64,000 nucleotides of DNA from an uncultured virus (IMG/VR IMGVR_UViG_3300035428_000406) (lineage: Duplodnaviria; Heunggongvirae; Uroviricota; Caudoviricetes). Positions within the stretch are counted from its first letter, which is position 1, and every line of letters begins with the position of its first letter. Shown in pieces: positions 19,101-24,504 of the stretch. Made by a program: the position numbers and the translations under genes. Location of the stretch: IMG/VR virus record IMGVR_UViG_3300035428_000406; one strand, written 5' to 3'. The notes beneath the pieces are model-generated. The model was not told the DNA's origin. It made no database searches and saw only the letters and a list, made by a program, of their open reading frames with translations.

Positions 19101-21861
19101 CGCCTACCTGTTTGAAAACCGCATGAGCAGTATGAATGCCGGAGAACAACACGAATACTTCCAACGCTATATGCAGCCGCTTCTGCAAGAGATTGGCCAC
19201 ATAGCCGGAGCAAACAAGCGCAAACGCAGGGAACTGACCGACTACATCATGGCCAAGCATGGTCTTGAGCGCAACGAATATATGCGCAACGAGGCGGCCG
19301 CCAACGGCGAGGAAACCGACCGCGACTTTGCCGGACTTATCGGGCTGACAGGTGAAGCCGATTGGCAGAGCGCAGAAGATACTGCACGGCAGTGGGTTGA
19401 CGACTACGAAGCCATGTATGACACAGCACCACTGTGGGAAGCTATCAACAAAGCGACAAAGGCCACACTCGAAAAAGTGTATATTTCAGGTATCATCAGT
19501 AAGGAGACATACGAGAAGATACTTGGAATGTATAACTACTATGTTCCTCTGCGCGGTTGGAATGAGAAAACGAGCGACGAGGTGTATGGCTACCTGACAA
19601 GTAAAGACGGCCCACTCGGTGGCAGTATCATGAAAAAGGCAGAAGGCCGTGAGAGTATGGCCGACGATCCTATTGCCACAATCGGCATGATGGCCGACGA
19701 CGCAATCCGTCAGGGCAACCGCAACCTTATGAAACAGCGTTTTCTCAATTTCATACTCAACCACCCCAGTGACGCTGTTAGTGTGCATGACCTGTGGCTC
19801 GAATACAACGACGTTACCGGCGAGTGGGTTCCTGTCTTTGCAGACGTTGAAGAAACCGATACCGCCGACGTGGTAGAACAAAAGGTTAAGGACTTCGAGG
19901 AGCGCATGGAAGCATTACGCAACGCCGAGCCTGACAAGTATAAGAGAGGCCGCGAGGCACAGCACATACCGTACAAGGTTGTGCGTGGCAATCTCCGCGA
20001 ACATCAGATACTCATCAAGCGCAATGGCCGTACTTCCGTCGTTACCATAAACGGTAATCCGAGAGCGGCACAAGCAATCAACGGCCTTACCAATCCCGAC
20101 GTAGATCAGAATGGTATTGTCGGCAATATGTTGAAAGCCGGTACTTGGGTTAATCGTCAACTCTCGGCATTTTACACCACTCGTAACCCTGACTTTGTTG
20201 TAGGCAACTTCTTCCGCGATATGTTGTACTCCAACTGTATGACATGGGTAAAGGAAAGTCCGCGATACGCTCGACGCTTCCACAAGAATTTTGCTCGTGT
20301 AAATCCTATCGTAATGCGCCGTCTTCTTGGCAAGTGGGAGAAAGGCACACTTGATATGAGCAATCATATTGAGAACCTGTTCTATCAATTTATGAAGAAT
20401 GGTGGCGAGACCGGCTATACTAACGTCCGCGACATCGAGGGACACAAGAGAGCTGTCGCAGCCGAACTGAAGAAACAAAGTAGCACAGGCCGCCGAGTGT
20501 GGACCGCACTCGGTATGCAGTTAGACCTGCTCAACCGTGCCGCGGAGAACTGCGCCCGCTTCGCCGCTTTTGTTACCTCTCGTGACTTTGGCCGCAACAT
20601 CGACCGAGCAATCTATGACGCAAAGGAAATAAGTGTCAACTTCAACAAGAAAGGCAGTGGCGGCAAAATGGTTAACGCCACCGGCCAAACCAAACTCGGC
20701 AAGACGGGTGCATATCTTAGCGGTGGTGGCCGTCTCCTGTATGTGTTCTGGAATGCCGGTATTCAGGGTATGACCAACTTCGGCCGTCAGGCAAAATTGC
20801 ACCCGGCAAAATTCTCCGTGGGAGCTACGGCCTTGTTCACACTCGGCTATGTTATTCCCATGCTTGCCCAAATGGTAGGCGGTGGAGACGGTGACGATGA
20901 CGACAAGAACGCATATTACAACCTGCCTGAATACGTTCGTCGTTCAAACATCTGCTTCTATGCCGGCGACCAATGGATAACGATCCCTCTACCTATTGAG
21001 TATCGTGCCATGTACGGTATGGGAGAGCTTGCGCACGGTGTAATAAGCGGCAACGAGCGTTACAGCAATTCCGAACTTGCCCGCCAAATGACATCGCAAG
21101 TATCGCAGATTTTCCCGATAGATATGCTTGAAGGTGGAGGCGGTGTTTCTCCATTCATACCGAGTGCGGCCAAACCGTTTACCGAAGCCTACATCATGAA
21201 TAAGGGTTGGACAGGCTTACCCGTCTACAAGGATACTCCATACAACAAGAATATGCCTGAATGGACGAAAGCCTATGCAAGTGCCGACAAACATCTTGTG
21301 GACTTTGCCAAGTGGCTAAACGAGACATCAGGCGGCGACGACTTCAAGAAAGGCTCAATTGACATTAACCCTGCCAAGATTGAGTATCTACTCAACGGTA
21401 CTTTCGGCGGTCTGTTTACTTTCCCTAACAAGGTGAAGAAGTCCGCAGAGACGGCCTTTGGCGATCGAGATTTTGAGTGGCGAAATATGCCGATTGCCAA
21501 CCGCCTTATCAAGTCAGGCGATGAGCGTACTGCAAACCGCAAGCTCCAAAACGAGTATTTCAAGTACAAGAAAGAGTATGAAGAAATCGGGGAGCGTATG
21601 CGCAAGTATGAGAACGCCGACGAACAGGGCATAATGGGCTATGCCGAGAAGATAGACTTTTTAGAAAATTCTCCTGAATACGCTCGTTGGGAAATTTTCG
21701 ATGAGTTTAAGGCAGACCTCGACTCGTACAGAGAAGACCTCGCAATCGAGACTGACGTGGAAGAACGCAAGCGTATTGAGGCGGAAATGTACGCTGTAAT
21801 GCGTGAACTTATTAACGCACTCCACAACCCGGAAGCATACCGTAATAGCGAACAGGAATAG
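4147..21861 (+). CDS. Giant polyvalent DarB-like protein (5904 aa)
   Basis: ParB-like GAPSVNSRGEVIQGNNR (~8650); pyrophosphatase-like YGYIRGTESVDGDHIDVF (~10540); MTase EPSAGNG (12745) and NPPF (12919); Strawberry-notch-like SF2 helicase GDMTGVGKGRQ (13981), DESH (14470), QMRGRIDRSGQ; HEAVAH peptidase motif (18439); LPD38-like C-terminus. Confidence 0.85.
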   Translation: MATDNKRKLYDALSQDFDMGSYEQFCADLNDEGKRRKLYDATSQDYDLGTWDSFSQQLGYGQAAAPVPERPAAPVDTPVSSTSPKPTEYFKLRRGGKDFTVSTDEVNAAGGLSSWAQAHPGAPIRVYMQGKKEDGTDFDGHVDLSVAHDRRKRRGYKYTTTSNAIEDKPWQPTEQEKIAMAHQLHQMQAQSDAMFAENRERMENVSEYYRGNRGLGFHTVEGKPVFNPQTGQMEKTYLTPMGDRTTNKAAADMSTFNFRQAMAAADMSVGAQIRRAEAELAELRKQFEDSKSRVHDEWTEDYEKNDAPLAAVLAANTYVPRQTSDKENSALRVAIRQREEQLKNLYEERDRQIGKDVGFWRGFGRIVSDSRTWDFGTGDLLDAMTMLNADQYSAPNATEGEKRAGQEMLKAAYDAQQTEQMFGENASFWNRAGVMTGYMPSFMLDFALTGGGFEVVNVAGKAAARGSAKLIGEAAIKEMTELGVKAYAKRYGLRGVGRMAENWTIKALGTTADELLIRAPLMTNTIQAGKTAADIIDRKLGDVQVDANGNYNFANDKTWGSAVWQGEANAIIENYSEMFGTHLDVVGPALVKALSKTYGGKRISGMLARANASSYGQILATTRKHFERLGVSDYFGEVGEEYYGQLWRTMLNLEDAYTNEPVYDAEGNQVLDAEGNPVYKRKNLLFTGQFHGDIWGGMALSMGLMGAGKYTISGIAYGSMKHQVNVADRVAAEIFTPERWEPIREIIDSTTNEDIGTLAESMVNDPNLSDEERAAVMEYMERSLNLRGLNLGAMAQSRGAADEEGVEIPTPVEMDMDNEFSQSYIDGYEASSPQEMADAQNMYEYQRQRAESMFEPSVLESLDSNPVATLMDMSQTGLYSQEEIDAARDYINAKTVRDGILQRVNDNIDEQIAQSDAMINARVNPASGMIQPAVMGLDDRQVYVVGGSLSINPDGTIDREASDESVVVRDAVTGEVEFVDPRSIVSAGEAIDPEMEKALAVDNIRQQAAQAAADALNGTLAFNPGDVVQINDGGGVVQVTVLGPIVDEESGMPIEGQVMVQFPNGQQTAFAKEQLQAFADAANLERINEFEQQRGAERAQQQATEAEAMRPQFALNDEFTILNDNGTPIRGSITAELDEDGTVEIHTEEPLNGNHVNRLTPAELEEMFDTYNGLPVSLPVPEIEKTVPNLDEMPENAGQNGEISPETVPNPDVTAEAEPQQSALSRVPVDEQGQRNYLDTDADTAYDAFVELSEGDEALAAEVIADYVEEAEDDFKAAEKALNKTKEGKPEKRKKGDPAPTDEERVAIKKAAKQALAEAQAIRDRAKANLDHWKKIAGTKQRREADRRSAEDAEARRRAAERAAEEARLKAEREEAERIEREALNGVPDWNVDTPADARARGYRRNGPQKVDRPEIIDNHAIGNSIEVKFGDDVMPTGNIAIIEASQLQPSHRYGQRNPAHFLDEAQPKERKDAASRFAAAKIAETMRPEEITSSVTAFTGAPSVNSRGEVIQGNNRGEALRLMYEGYADSAAKYKQYLIDHAAEFGLTPEAIEAFEQPVLVNMLDVSDENAITLGQYVAQDTESGGIERIKPKNAVQKMGNKIRSFANLLLRSADDEATFAQLVDSNGVEVLKWMNQQGFITNTQYASAFDSRGNLTAEAANDLKGIMYQSIFTGGSTRLEEMFNKMPAKAQRAILATAFRDYDSAFADRMINEIQQSIIAFDALMGYEAFREATNAEATQNAVEAWKLQFAFDDVSGEPYLPSETFSNFALTLAAMYKGHTQRHIQSVFNMMYDIVQGTEQDNLFEAADKTPKPLAEAIHRVLNLEYQPIVKPTTNNGTNGSAVLDVDSEDGQDGRTGSSGNTDGAEQNPQSGEPTDSGTGAAGDSRQGGEVANEEGVFTPEEIEALSHATFTNTESGQTIKLTGHVIMPDGRAAFKGNMNNEHGSQGRFMHNLIRKLLDSPSWTTDAVMPSAAQESEQHDFDDLDNSALAERIDVSDDDWTEGEDQTPTYKRTITIDGKHQVIQIDEPDGNGFYIGSRFEYQGEHFGSLTEVIDHIDKQAQLAANIAEAEAEVNTDPTPGQKEAGNYKKGHVQVGTFDVTIENPRGSIRRGTDANGKEWQTEMKNTYGYIRGTESVDGDHIDVFLAENIDEWNGRRVFIVDQYNEDGTFDEHKVMLGFNDKADAVIAYQSNYEDGWMRKRRIVVNSVIIEDFEKWIESSHRKTKPFADYTISQRGETEEVGGSSNEDNQDSNGLIKLRELLTSKGMNSDGVANVETVVKTLAKQLSGNLRLRSILDSNGYDWQKEEAAMNLVGDLMNDRMLSGAEETIDILFKSEPYNEAIRTAIAHEALNILIDQDNIAIGNSTTQSNGYTISAKPYTNKQQKTLDTYLVTFERELSKEEKKAMSATARSDFKGWYDKETGGFMLRSREDAEAFAQKYNITDESPLSVDDMRPAEAAVEQTSTEQAKEDVAEDDNEKPVNPSGNRIVTDEQYADYLARFKKKLGGQLNMGIDPEILQLGAMMAVYHIEKGTRKFAAYVKAMIHDLGEMSDKVPYQYLKGFYKNAHNMLEFDAPDIAKEMDSDEVVNATDVAAIVSGHIDAIATAEMVTAEQQAEAERSEAERKLKEERNKRRTNADGSTTTTINEGGTEIEITEGDFIPGVLPTLDTEKKPSVKKKPGKAKPKPTTDDGLFDTVEDDATVAPTIAVPEQRPAADLIGDSAAYQEREAQTVELVEEIGGVIENRVDMLQLDSESVKPLTMTDVKKMAAKYPALKDISDTDLQELVELAMTQLTRSEALVNIDSTAEQQRSAYDRIVNLYQIQPSLNARDSERLIKQQYSTPTPFGFVMGQFVRAGGKAVGSMLEPSAGNGALTITVHPSVVHVNDIDDARLANLRKLGYGQVTAQDALLPFNGDKVDVVMTNPPFGTVTEKVYDGIFRVSSLEGQMAINALEQMKDDGRAAIVIGGNTSYRTNGSMNPKDAAFFGYLYSHYNVTDVINISGKALYSRNGTGYDVRMILIDGRKTGEFQRVYPPVKAKARAEQVTTFDELYKRVQDDIQQIQQMGRQSADVQRDPETAADGTAGAPVRSGNNRPNAGAGQRPGTTSNAVRDTPRTDSGQSTPTNDSQRPVGVDNADAGNAGSTDNVPQPKPQQPRSVGSGSTQDGTGRSGSDGRGATSSRPDRGAERLEVKPDLTTEKVPYPNQSDNGFTLMSVVPAAQATVLQKSLGEIGDVDQYLVDELGYSSKDELYKYLAAEQIDSVALAIHQMNKGNAFIIGDMTGVGKGRQGAALIRYAVKQGKVPIYFTQKPTLYTDNYRDLADIGSSDLRPFIIASNAKDANIVDADGNIVHKLPSKKEQERVYNYIMEHGTLPDEYDYVLTTYDQIKNGTADYAQNEDGTWAIGARKLPKNSKGYTTADHNGQTRRDALARLAEGNIAILDESHTVGGDSGCGRYMQMLTSQAGGVTFLSATFAKRADNMPIYAQRTAIAEAGVKASELIEAIMKGGVTLQEIMSKQLVESGQMIRRERSFEGVTIDWLSVEEETNRRQREQFNEVANIFNAIRNFQDDYITPIIDAKNEAAAEFGATVGHTQGTKDLGVKNVPFASKMYNLVNQLLFALKVDAVADRVVENLRNGYKPVISFTNTMEGFLSSAPKGVAMDDVPNFSLTLMRALDGVMRFTEKDADENSEGGTISLSDLSAEGQNAYNAIREKIMNLSADLPISPMDAIRMKIEEAGYSVAEITGRTMQLNRTEDGRYIVEARKDRDKKAAMRDFNSGKLDVLMINKSGSTGISLHASSKFEDRRPRVMVFAQFQSDINDEVQMRGRIDRSGQVTRGRYEYIMSTIPAEQRIQMMFKAKLKSLDANTTSSQKSKFNEMEIVDYLNKYGDEVVWEYMKEHPELAERLGDPLNMLQEKNDEDGPRTSDKEDTSKKSGCAGKISRYLAFLSVEEQDEIFREITEAYRVKIQLLDDAGENDLEITTMPLRADTKRKQIWHDGENPGSGNAFADNTYVEEVEVDVLKKPMKRSEIAEATRKFMGEHYAELNGSVDWQHYIRTKGDEIELFFQAKANEAVGKLREAGEARIAKAREKAVSSATKARGRGENNFTDEEIQSLADTVANEERLKEEQKQRKRHEEIMAVKNRILSLLNSLRAEKIYVVPQDLKQGTAEMFSQTFGTFVGFKFNKSYTLGSSTAIFATLDGRRKVELALSDSAINTIMGATEIAYRYSPKEINAITMENWDSNVPTQTRQKRYIITGNLLQALVDTEKGDKTRGNLINYSTIDGETRQGILMGENFKLTDLRNSAPLSSRLAQIREGKAIVSENGDVQIEREMYDWRHRGEYELRVPKSKQRGGIYTMHPDLLKLVDGHNFITKGNSMVAYVAEADIAKVVDMLSRAPFNLTVLQESKLSDVSADEAEDDVLCRPVTDKATLEHLNSEPTIKVYRAMQIIDGGLRPPMSARVSGKLREATEIGVWEEAEERPELADDKGKFKLNKGNGKTIDAAYNPYIHTSRSPINDQFSSAWSRPELVTVEVEVPASELTSEYHAEKAKDSVGEKEWKSGPVGRALAKVGQVRKVILSRWSRVVRVVPIEEVADAFAQRLNAHGIEVPFNTVPPALRDALVERGVKIGKPENSNAGKASMPAFEQWILEQERQRMGDGYGAYSDAEVSYANDPISKVMGKNRFSKKRQAEFAARERQRMATRIQELAERMHLNNVEILTDASQLEGKRAKAKGFYNKRTGKITIVIPNNISTIDAEQTLLHEAVAHYGLRQLFGEQFNTFLDNVYDSADESIRRKIAEMAAKNGWDFRTATEEYLAGLAEDTNFSEAQNYSGWWSKIKRLFLSMLESIGFEGFRDKTGVVLTDNELRYILWRSYENLAEPGRYRSILGEAADVAKQSELKVGNYAEQGIEADYAAEGDMYRSGDFSPRDRVFARYAYESMVRSGSYQFKEAVQDSMLGLKKLYQAILGRNTRIEDVPGFENAYLFENRMSSMNAGEQHEYFQRYMQPLLQEIGHIAGANKRKRRELTDYIMAKHGLERNEYMRNEAAANGEETDRDFAGLIGLTGEADWQSAEDTARQWVDDYEAMYDTAPLWEAINKATKATLEKVYISGIISKETYEKILGMYNYYVPLRGWNEKTSDEVYGYLTSKDGPLGGSIMKKAEGRESMADDPIATIGMMADDAIRQGNRNLMKQRFLNFILNHPSDAVSVHDLWLEYNDVTGEWVPVFADVEETDTADVVEQKVKDFEERMEALRNAEPDKYKRGREAQHIPYKVVRGNLREHQILIKRNGRTSVVTINGNPRAAQAINGLTNPDVDQNGIVGNMLKAGTWVNRQLSAFYTTRNPDFVVGNFFRDMLYSNCMTWVKESPRYARRFHKNFARVNPIVMRRLLGKWEKGTLDMSNHIENLFYQFMKNGGETGYTNVRDIEGHKRAVAAELKKQSSTGRRVWTALGMQLDLLNRAAENCARFAAFVTSRDFGRNIDRAIYDAKEISVNFNKKGSGGKMVNATGQTKLGKTGAYLSGGGRLLYVFWNAGIQGMTNFGRQAKLHPAKFSVGATALFTLGYVIPMLAQMVGGGDGDDDDKNAYYNLPEYVRRSNICFYAGDQWITIPLPIEYRAMYGMGELAHGVISGNERYSNSELARQMTSQVSQIFPIDMLEGGGGVSPFIPSAAKPFTEAYIMNKGWTGLPVYKDTPYNKNMPEWTKAYASADKHLVDFAKWLNETSGGDDFKKGSIDINPAKIEYLLNGTFGGLFTFPNKVKKSAETAFGDRDFEWRNMPIANRLIKSGDERTANRKLQNEYFKYKKEYEEIGERMRKYENADEQGIMGYAEKIDFLENSPEYARWEIFDEFKADLDSYREDLAIETDVEERKRIEAEMYAVMRELINALHNPEAYRNSEQE
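9662..9829 (+). CDS. Candidate overprinted 55-aa protein in +1 frame of giant gene
   Basis: A-rich start context CCAACAACTAACAATG; MEQMEVLYWTSIVKMAKMGEQEAVETLTAQNKIRNQENRPTVEQELQAIADKGAK; main frame is a G/S/D linker over the same span. Confidence 0.55.
   Translation: MEQMEVLYWTSIVKMAKMGEQEAVETLTAQNKIRNQENRPTVEQELQAIADKGAK
13319..13723 (+). CDS. Candidate overprinted 134-aa acidic helical protein in +1 frame of giant gene
   Basis: ORF track 13292-13723, ATG at 13319; amphipathic sequence (NDLLEWIMQTQEMQEALIMF...VEAMDVEQLLLDL); main frame is a G/S/R/D linker between MTase and helicase. Confidence 0.6.
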   Translation: MIYSKFSKWGVSLPMCSETLKQPLTEQRVRLFVQETIVRTQEQGNDPVQQAMQSEIHPGPIADSLHPQMTANDLLEWIMQTQEMQEALIMFRNQSPNSPEASEVEAHKMEQEEVEAMDVEQLLLDLTVAQSDWR

Positions 21862-21897
21862 TTAAACAATGGGTAATGCTTATGTGGTGTATATTTG
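21859..21897 (+). promoter_or_regulatory. Putative late promoter for portal
   Basis: TAGTTAA, 24 nt, TATATTTG. Confidence 0.7.
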
Positions 21898-21931
21898 CGC
21901 CCGTAAGCATTACCCTATAATCCAAAATACA

Positions 21932-23908
21932 ATGTCAACAAATAAGCTACATCGCATGAGCCGTGTGCGTCCACAGAAAATTGAGGACGATATGGATACT
22001 GTTGCCACTTCAAAGCGACGTGGCGACAGGCGTGCGTTTGATGTGCTAATGGAAGCGCAGCACCATTGGAACAATATGGACCAATTCCGGCGCGACCGTG
22101 AGCGCAATAAACGTTATTGCTACGGCGACCAGTGGAGAGATATAATCGAAGTGGACGGTTGCCAAATGACCGAAGAAGCATACATCGCCAAGCAGGGCAA
22201 TGTTCCCCTTAAAAATAACTTGATACGTCGCCTTGTGCGAAATGTGCTGGGTGTTTACCGCAGTCAGGCCAAAGAACCGACCTGTTATGCCCGTGACCGC
22301 GACGAGCAGAAACTTGGCGAGACCATGACCACAATATTGCAGTGCAATATGCAGCTAAACCGTATGACCGAGGTTTACGCTCGCACTATGGAAGAATTCT
22401 TGATTGGCGGTCTTATCGTACATCGCAAATCGTACAGTTGGCGTAATGAGAAAATGGACTGTTGGACTGATTATGTCAATCCCAACAATTTCTTTATCGA
22501 CAACAATATGCGCGACTTTCGAGGTTGGGACGTGTCTTTCCTCGGCGAAGTACACGATGTGTCTTTTGAAACTCTGTGTGCGCAGTTTGCGGAGTCGCCC
22601 GAAGATTACCGACGCTTCAAGGAGATATACACCTTTGCCCACAATAAGCAGTACATCGCCAACTATGCAGAGCGTTTTGGCTACTCGCGTCTCGAAAACT
22701 TCGACTTCTTATTCACAAGCGACCCAACACGTTGCAGAGTTATTGAAGTGTGGCGCAAGGAAGCCAAACCCCGCTATCGCTGTCACGACCTCAACAACGG
22801 CGATGTTTATAAAATCGACGTAGAAGATTATGACGAAATGGTTGGCAACATCAACAAGGAGCGTCTTATGCGAGGACGAGCCGCCGGTATGCCTGACGAT
22901 GAAATACCGCTGATACAGGCTACATGGATGATAGACCACTATTGGTACTACTACTATCTTACACCGTTCGGCCATATTCTTAAAGAGGGCGAAACACCAT
23001 ACGAGCACAAGAGTCACCCCTATGTCTTCAAGGCGTACCCATTTATCGACGGCGAAATACACAGCTTCGTGGCCGATGTGATAGATCAGCAGCGTTATAC
23101 CAACCGCCTTATCACGCTCTACGACTTCATTATGAGGGCAAGCGCAAAAGGCGTGCTCCTTTTCCCTGAAGGCTGTGAGCCGGACAATATGAGTATGGAG
23201 GATATTGCCGACGAATGGGGTAAATTTGACGGCATTGTCTACTACAAGCCAAAGCCCGGTGTTGCTGTGCCTCAACAGATAGCCAACAACTCGACGCAAA
23301 TCGGCATCACAGAATTGCTGAATCTACAACTGAAATTCTTTGAAGATATTTCAGGTGTGAACGGAGCATTGCAGGGCAAGCCCGGATATGCCAACCAAAG
23401 TGCCGCGCTCTATAATCAGCAGACGCAAAATGCTACCACGTCGTTGCTTGACTTGCTCGATAGCTTCAGTTACTTTGTCAAGGACGGCGCGATTAAGGAC
23501 GTGAAGAACATGCAGCAGTTCTATGACACCAAGCGCATATTCAACATCGTAGGCAAAAATGCGTGGGTTGAGTATGACCCCAAGACAATACGCGACGTTG
23601 ACTTTGACCTCTCTATTGTCGAAAGCACAAACACGCCGGCCTTCCGACAAATGGCCAACGATATACTTATGCAGTTATGGCAATCACAGGCAATATCGGT
23701 TGAGCAACTTCTGGAACATGGAGACTTCCCGTTTGCCGACGACCTGTTGCAGTCTATCCGCAGTCAAAAGGAACAACTCGAACAGGGTCAGATACCTGAA
23801 GCCATGTCGCCGCAATTACAACAGCAGATACAGGCCGGAGCCAATATGCAGAATGTTCAGGCCGCACGTCAAATGCTGATGAACCCACAGCCGAGAGCAG
23901 CCGCATAA
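21932..23908 (+). CDS. Portal protein (P22-like podovirus type)
   Basis: ~660 aa; YCYGDQW, NNLIRRLVRNVLG, DQQRYTNRL, EDISGVNGALQG motifs and Gln-rich C-terminus; start set at MSTNKL after the promoter. Confidence 0.8.
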   Translation: MSTNKLHRMSRVRPQKIEDDMDTVATSKRRGDRRAFDVLMEAQHHWNNMDQFRRDRERNKRYCYGDQWRDIIEVDGCQMTEEAYIAKQGNVPLKNNLIRRLVRNVLGVYRSQAKEPTCYARDRDEQKLGETMTTILQCNMQLNRMTEVYARTMEEFLIGGLIVHRKSYSWRNEKMDCWTDYVNPNNFFIDNNMRDFRGWDVSFLGEVHDVSFETLCAQFAESPEDYRRFKEIYTFAHNKQYIANYAERFGYSRLENFDFLFTSDPTRCRVIEVWRKEAKPRYRCHDLNNGDVYKIDVEDYDEMVGNINKERLMRGRAAGMPDDEIPLIQATWMIDHYWYYYYLTPFGHILKEGETPYEHKSHPYVFKAYPFIDGEIHSFVADVIDQQRYTNRLITLYDFIMRASAKGVLLFPEGCEPDNMSMEDIADEWGKFDGIVYYKPKPGVAVPQQIANNSTQIGITELLNLQLKFFEDISGVNGALQGKPGYANQSAALYNQQTQNATTSLLDLLDSFSYFVKDGAIKDVKNMQQFYDTKRIFNIVGKNAWVEYDPKTIRDVDFDLSIVESTNTPAFRQMANDILMQLWQSQAISVEQLLEHGDFPFADDLLQSIRSQKEQLEQGQIPEAMSPQLQQQIQAGANMQNVQAARQMLMNPQPRAAA

Positions 23909-23914
23909 TAATAA

Positions 23915-23947
23915 AATGGGCGAGTATTTCAAATATACTCGCCCGTT
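23915..23947. terminator. Bidirectional terminator between convergent portal and terminase operons
   Basis: AATGGGCGAGTAT / ATACTCGCCCGTT 13-bp stem with A/T flanks. Confidence 0.75.
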
Positions 23948-23949
23948 CA

Positions 23950-24144
23950 TTATTTTGTGTCAAATGCTTCCTTCGGCACACCCACACTTTCAAAAATCTC
24001 CTTTTCAATTTCTTTTATGCTCTGAGCACATTGTCTGACCTCATCGTATTTGATAGCAAGTGTATCATCAGTGAGAGTCGCTATTCCGTCGAGAGCATTA
24101 GGCTGACAATCGGGACCGTGGTAGCCGACATTATACTTTCCCAT
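23950..24144 (-). CDS. Hypothetical protein (64 aa)
   Basis: ORF overlapping the end of the upstream gene and ending at the terminator. Confidence 0.5.
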   Translation of the reverse strand: MGKYNVGYHGPDCQPNALDGIATLTDDTLAIKYDEVRQCAQSIKEIEKEIFESVGVPKEAFDTK

Positions 24145-24487
24145 TGTGTTTCTGCTTTGTCGCTTTTCGGTCAGCTTCGACCCATGCGAAGTATTGAATG
24201 ACTTTTTTCTTACGGTCTTCGGGCGAGAGGGACTGATTACCGTCGCGGTAGCCGGTGCAGTAGAAGCACTCGCGCACGAGGTCGAAGACGCGGGCTTCGC
24301 GTTGAATGTAGTGCTTCATCTTCAGGCGACGGAAATTGTAGCGATCCATGACGACGAGTTTTTTGCCGTAACTTCCATGTTGGGGCATGACGTAGTAACG
24401 GTGGCCAGTTTGCTGATGTGCCTTGTCGGCCATTTTGATTGCCTCGCGGAGTCGGAGGCTGGCTTTTAATTTTCTAAAGATGTTCAT
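24131..24487 (-). CDS. Hypothetical basic protein (118 aa)
   Basis: ORF directly downstream of terL with A-rich start context. Confidence 0.7.
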   Translation of the reverse strand: MNIFRKLKASLRLREAIKMADKAHQQTGHRYYVMPQHGSYGKKLVVMDRYNFRRLKMKHYIQREARVFDLVRECFYCTGYRDGNQSLSPEDRKKKVIQYFAWVEADRKATKQKHNGKV

Positions 24488-24504
24488 ATCGTTTAGTATG
24501 GTTG

